A stretch of DNA of 21,213 bases from an archaeon (lineage in GTDB: Archaea; Hydrothermarchaeota; Hydrothermarchaeia; JALTZZ01). The stretch is from contig JALTZZ010000034.1 of NCBI GenBank assembly GCA_027051165.1, positions 1 to 21,213 on the forward strand. Direction: 5' to 3'. The notes beneath the pieces were generated by a model that ran no database searches, was not told the DNA's origin, and saw nothing but the letters and a program-made list of their open reading frames with translations. The position numbers were made by a program, and so were the translations under genes. Positions 21,171-21,213 of the stretch are shown piece after piece. Within the stretch, counting starts at the first letter, position 1; each line of letters opens with the position of its first letter.

Positions 21171-21213
21171 GTTTGTATTTTTAAGCTCTCTACTTATTGG
21201 TGGTGCGGATGGT

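Overview
This 21.2-kb window is densely coding, with about 35 protein genes, mostly in small operons whose genes overlap at ATGA/GTGA stop-start junctions. Promoters are BRE/TATA-like A/T boxes 25-45 nt upstream of start codons, and some genes carry GGAGGTGG-type Shine-Dalgarno sequences. The proteins are K/E/I-rich and GC is roughly 40-45 %. Together these suggest an archaeal, probably (hyper)thermophilic euryarchaeal, accessory region; this is an inference, not a database match. Recognisable products include an SPFH/prohibitin protein, an ImmA/IrrE-like HEIGH zinc peptidase, and a large secreted, membrane-anchored protein. There is also a PAPS-reductase/PP-loop enzyme with Cys-rich partners, an ABC/AAA_21-like ATPase with a downstream partner (defence-like pair), three PD-(D/E)xK nuclease-like proteins, an MBL-fold hydrolase, HTH and winged-HTH regulators, a SWIM-type zinc-finger protein and a TrbC/VirB2-like small membrane protein. 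No rRNA, tRNA or CRISPR was found. The most striking signal is not a gene. A perfect palindrome with core CACAGCTGTG (up to 20 nt, TTCCTCACAGCTGTGAGGAA) occurs 17 times, always intergenic. It is usually 1-3 nt from a T-rich A/T box (ATTTTTAAGCT or GTTCGAAAATCTTAAGA) followed by a start codon, often on both sides. It looks like a reiterated terminator/bidirectional-promoter module that bounds nearly every transcription unit. Other notable features are a duplicated four-gene cassette (unknown Cys protein, SWIM zinc-finger protein, small membrane protein, convergent 49-aa protein) present twice about 11.9 kb apart, an intergenic hub at 7431-7741 with three palindromes, iteron-like repeats and a nested TTATACA-N-TGTATAA array, and a GC-rich 11-bp-stem inverted repeat in a long 5' leader at 19781-19856. 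Start codons given as TTG/GTG by the ORF track were re-evaluated where sequence context allowed.
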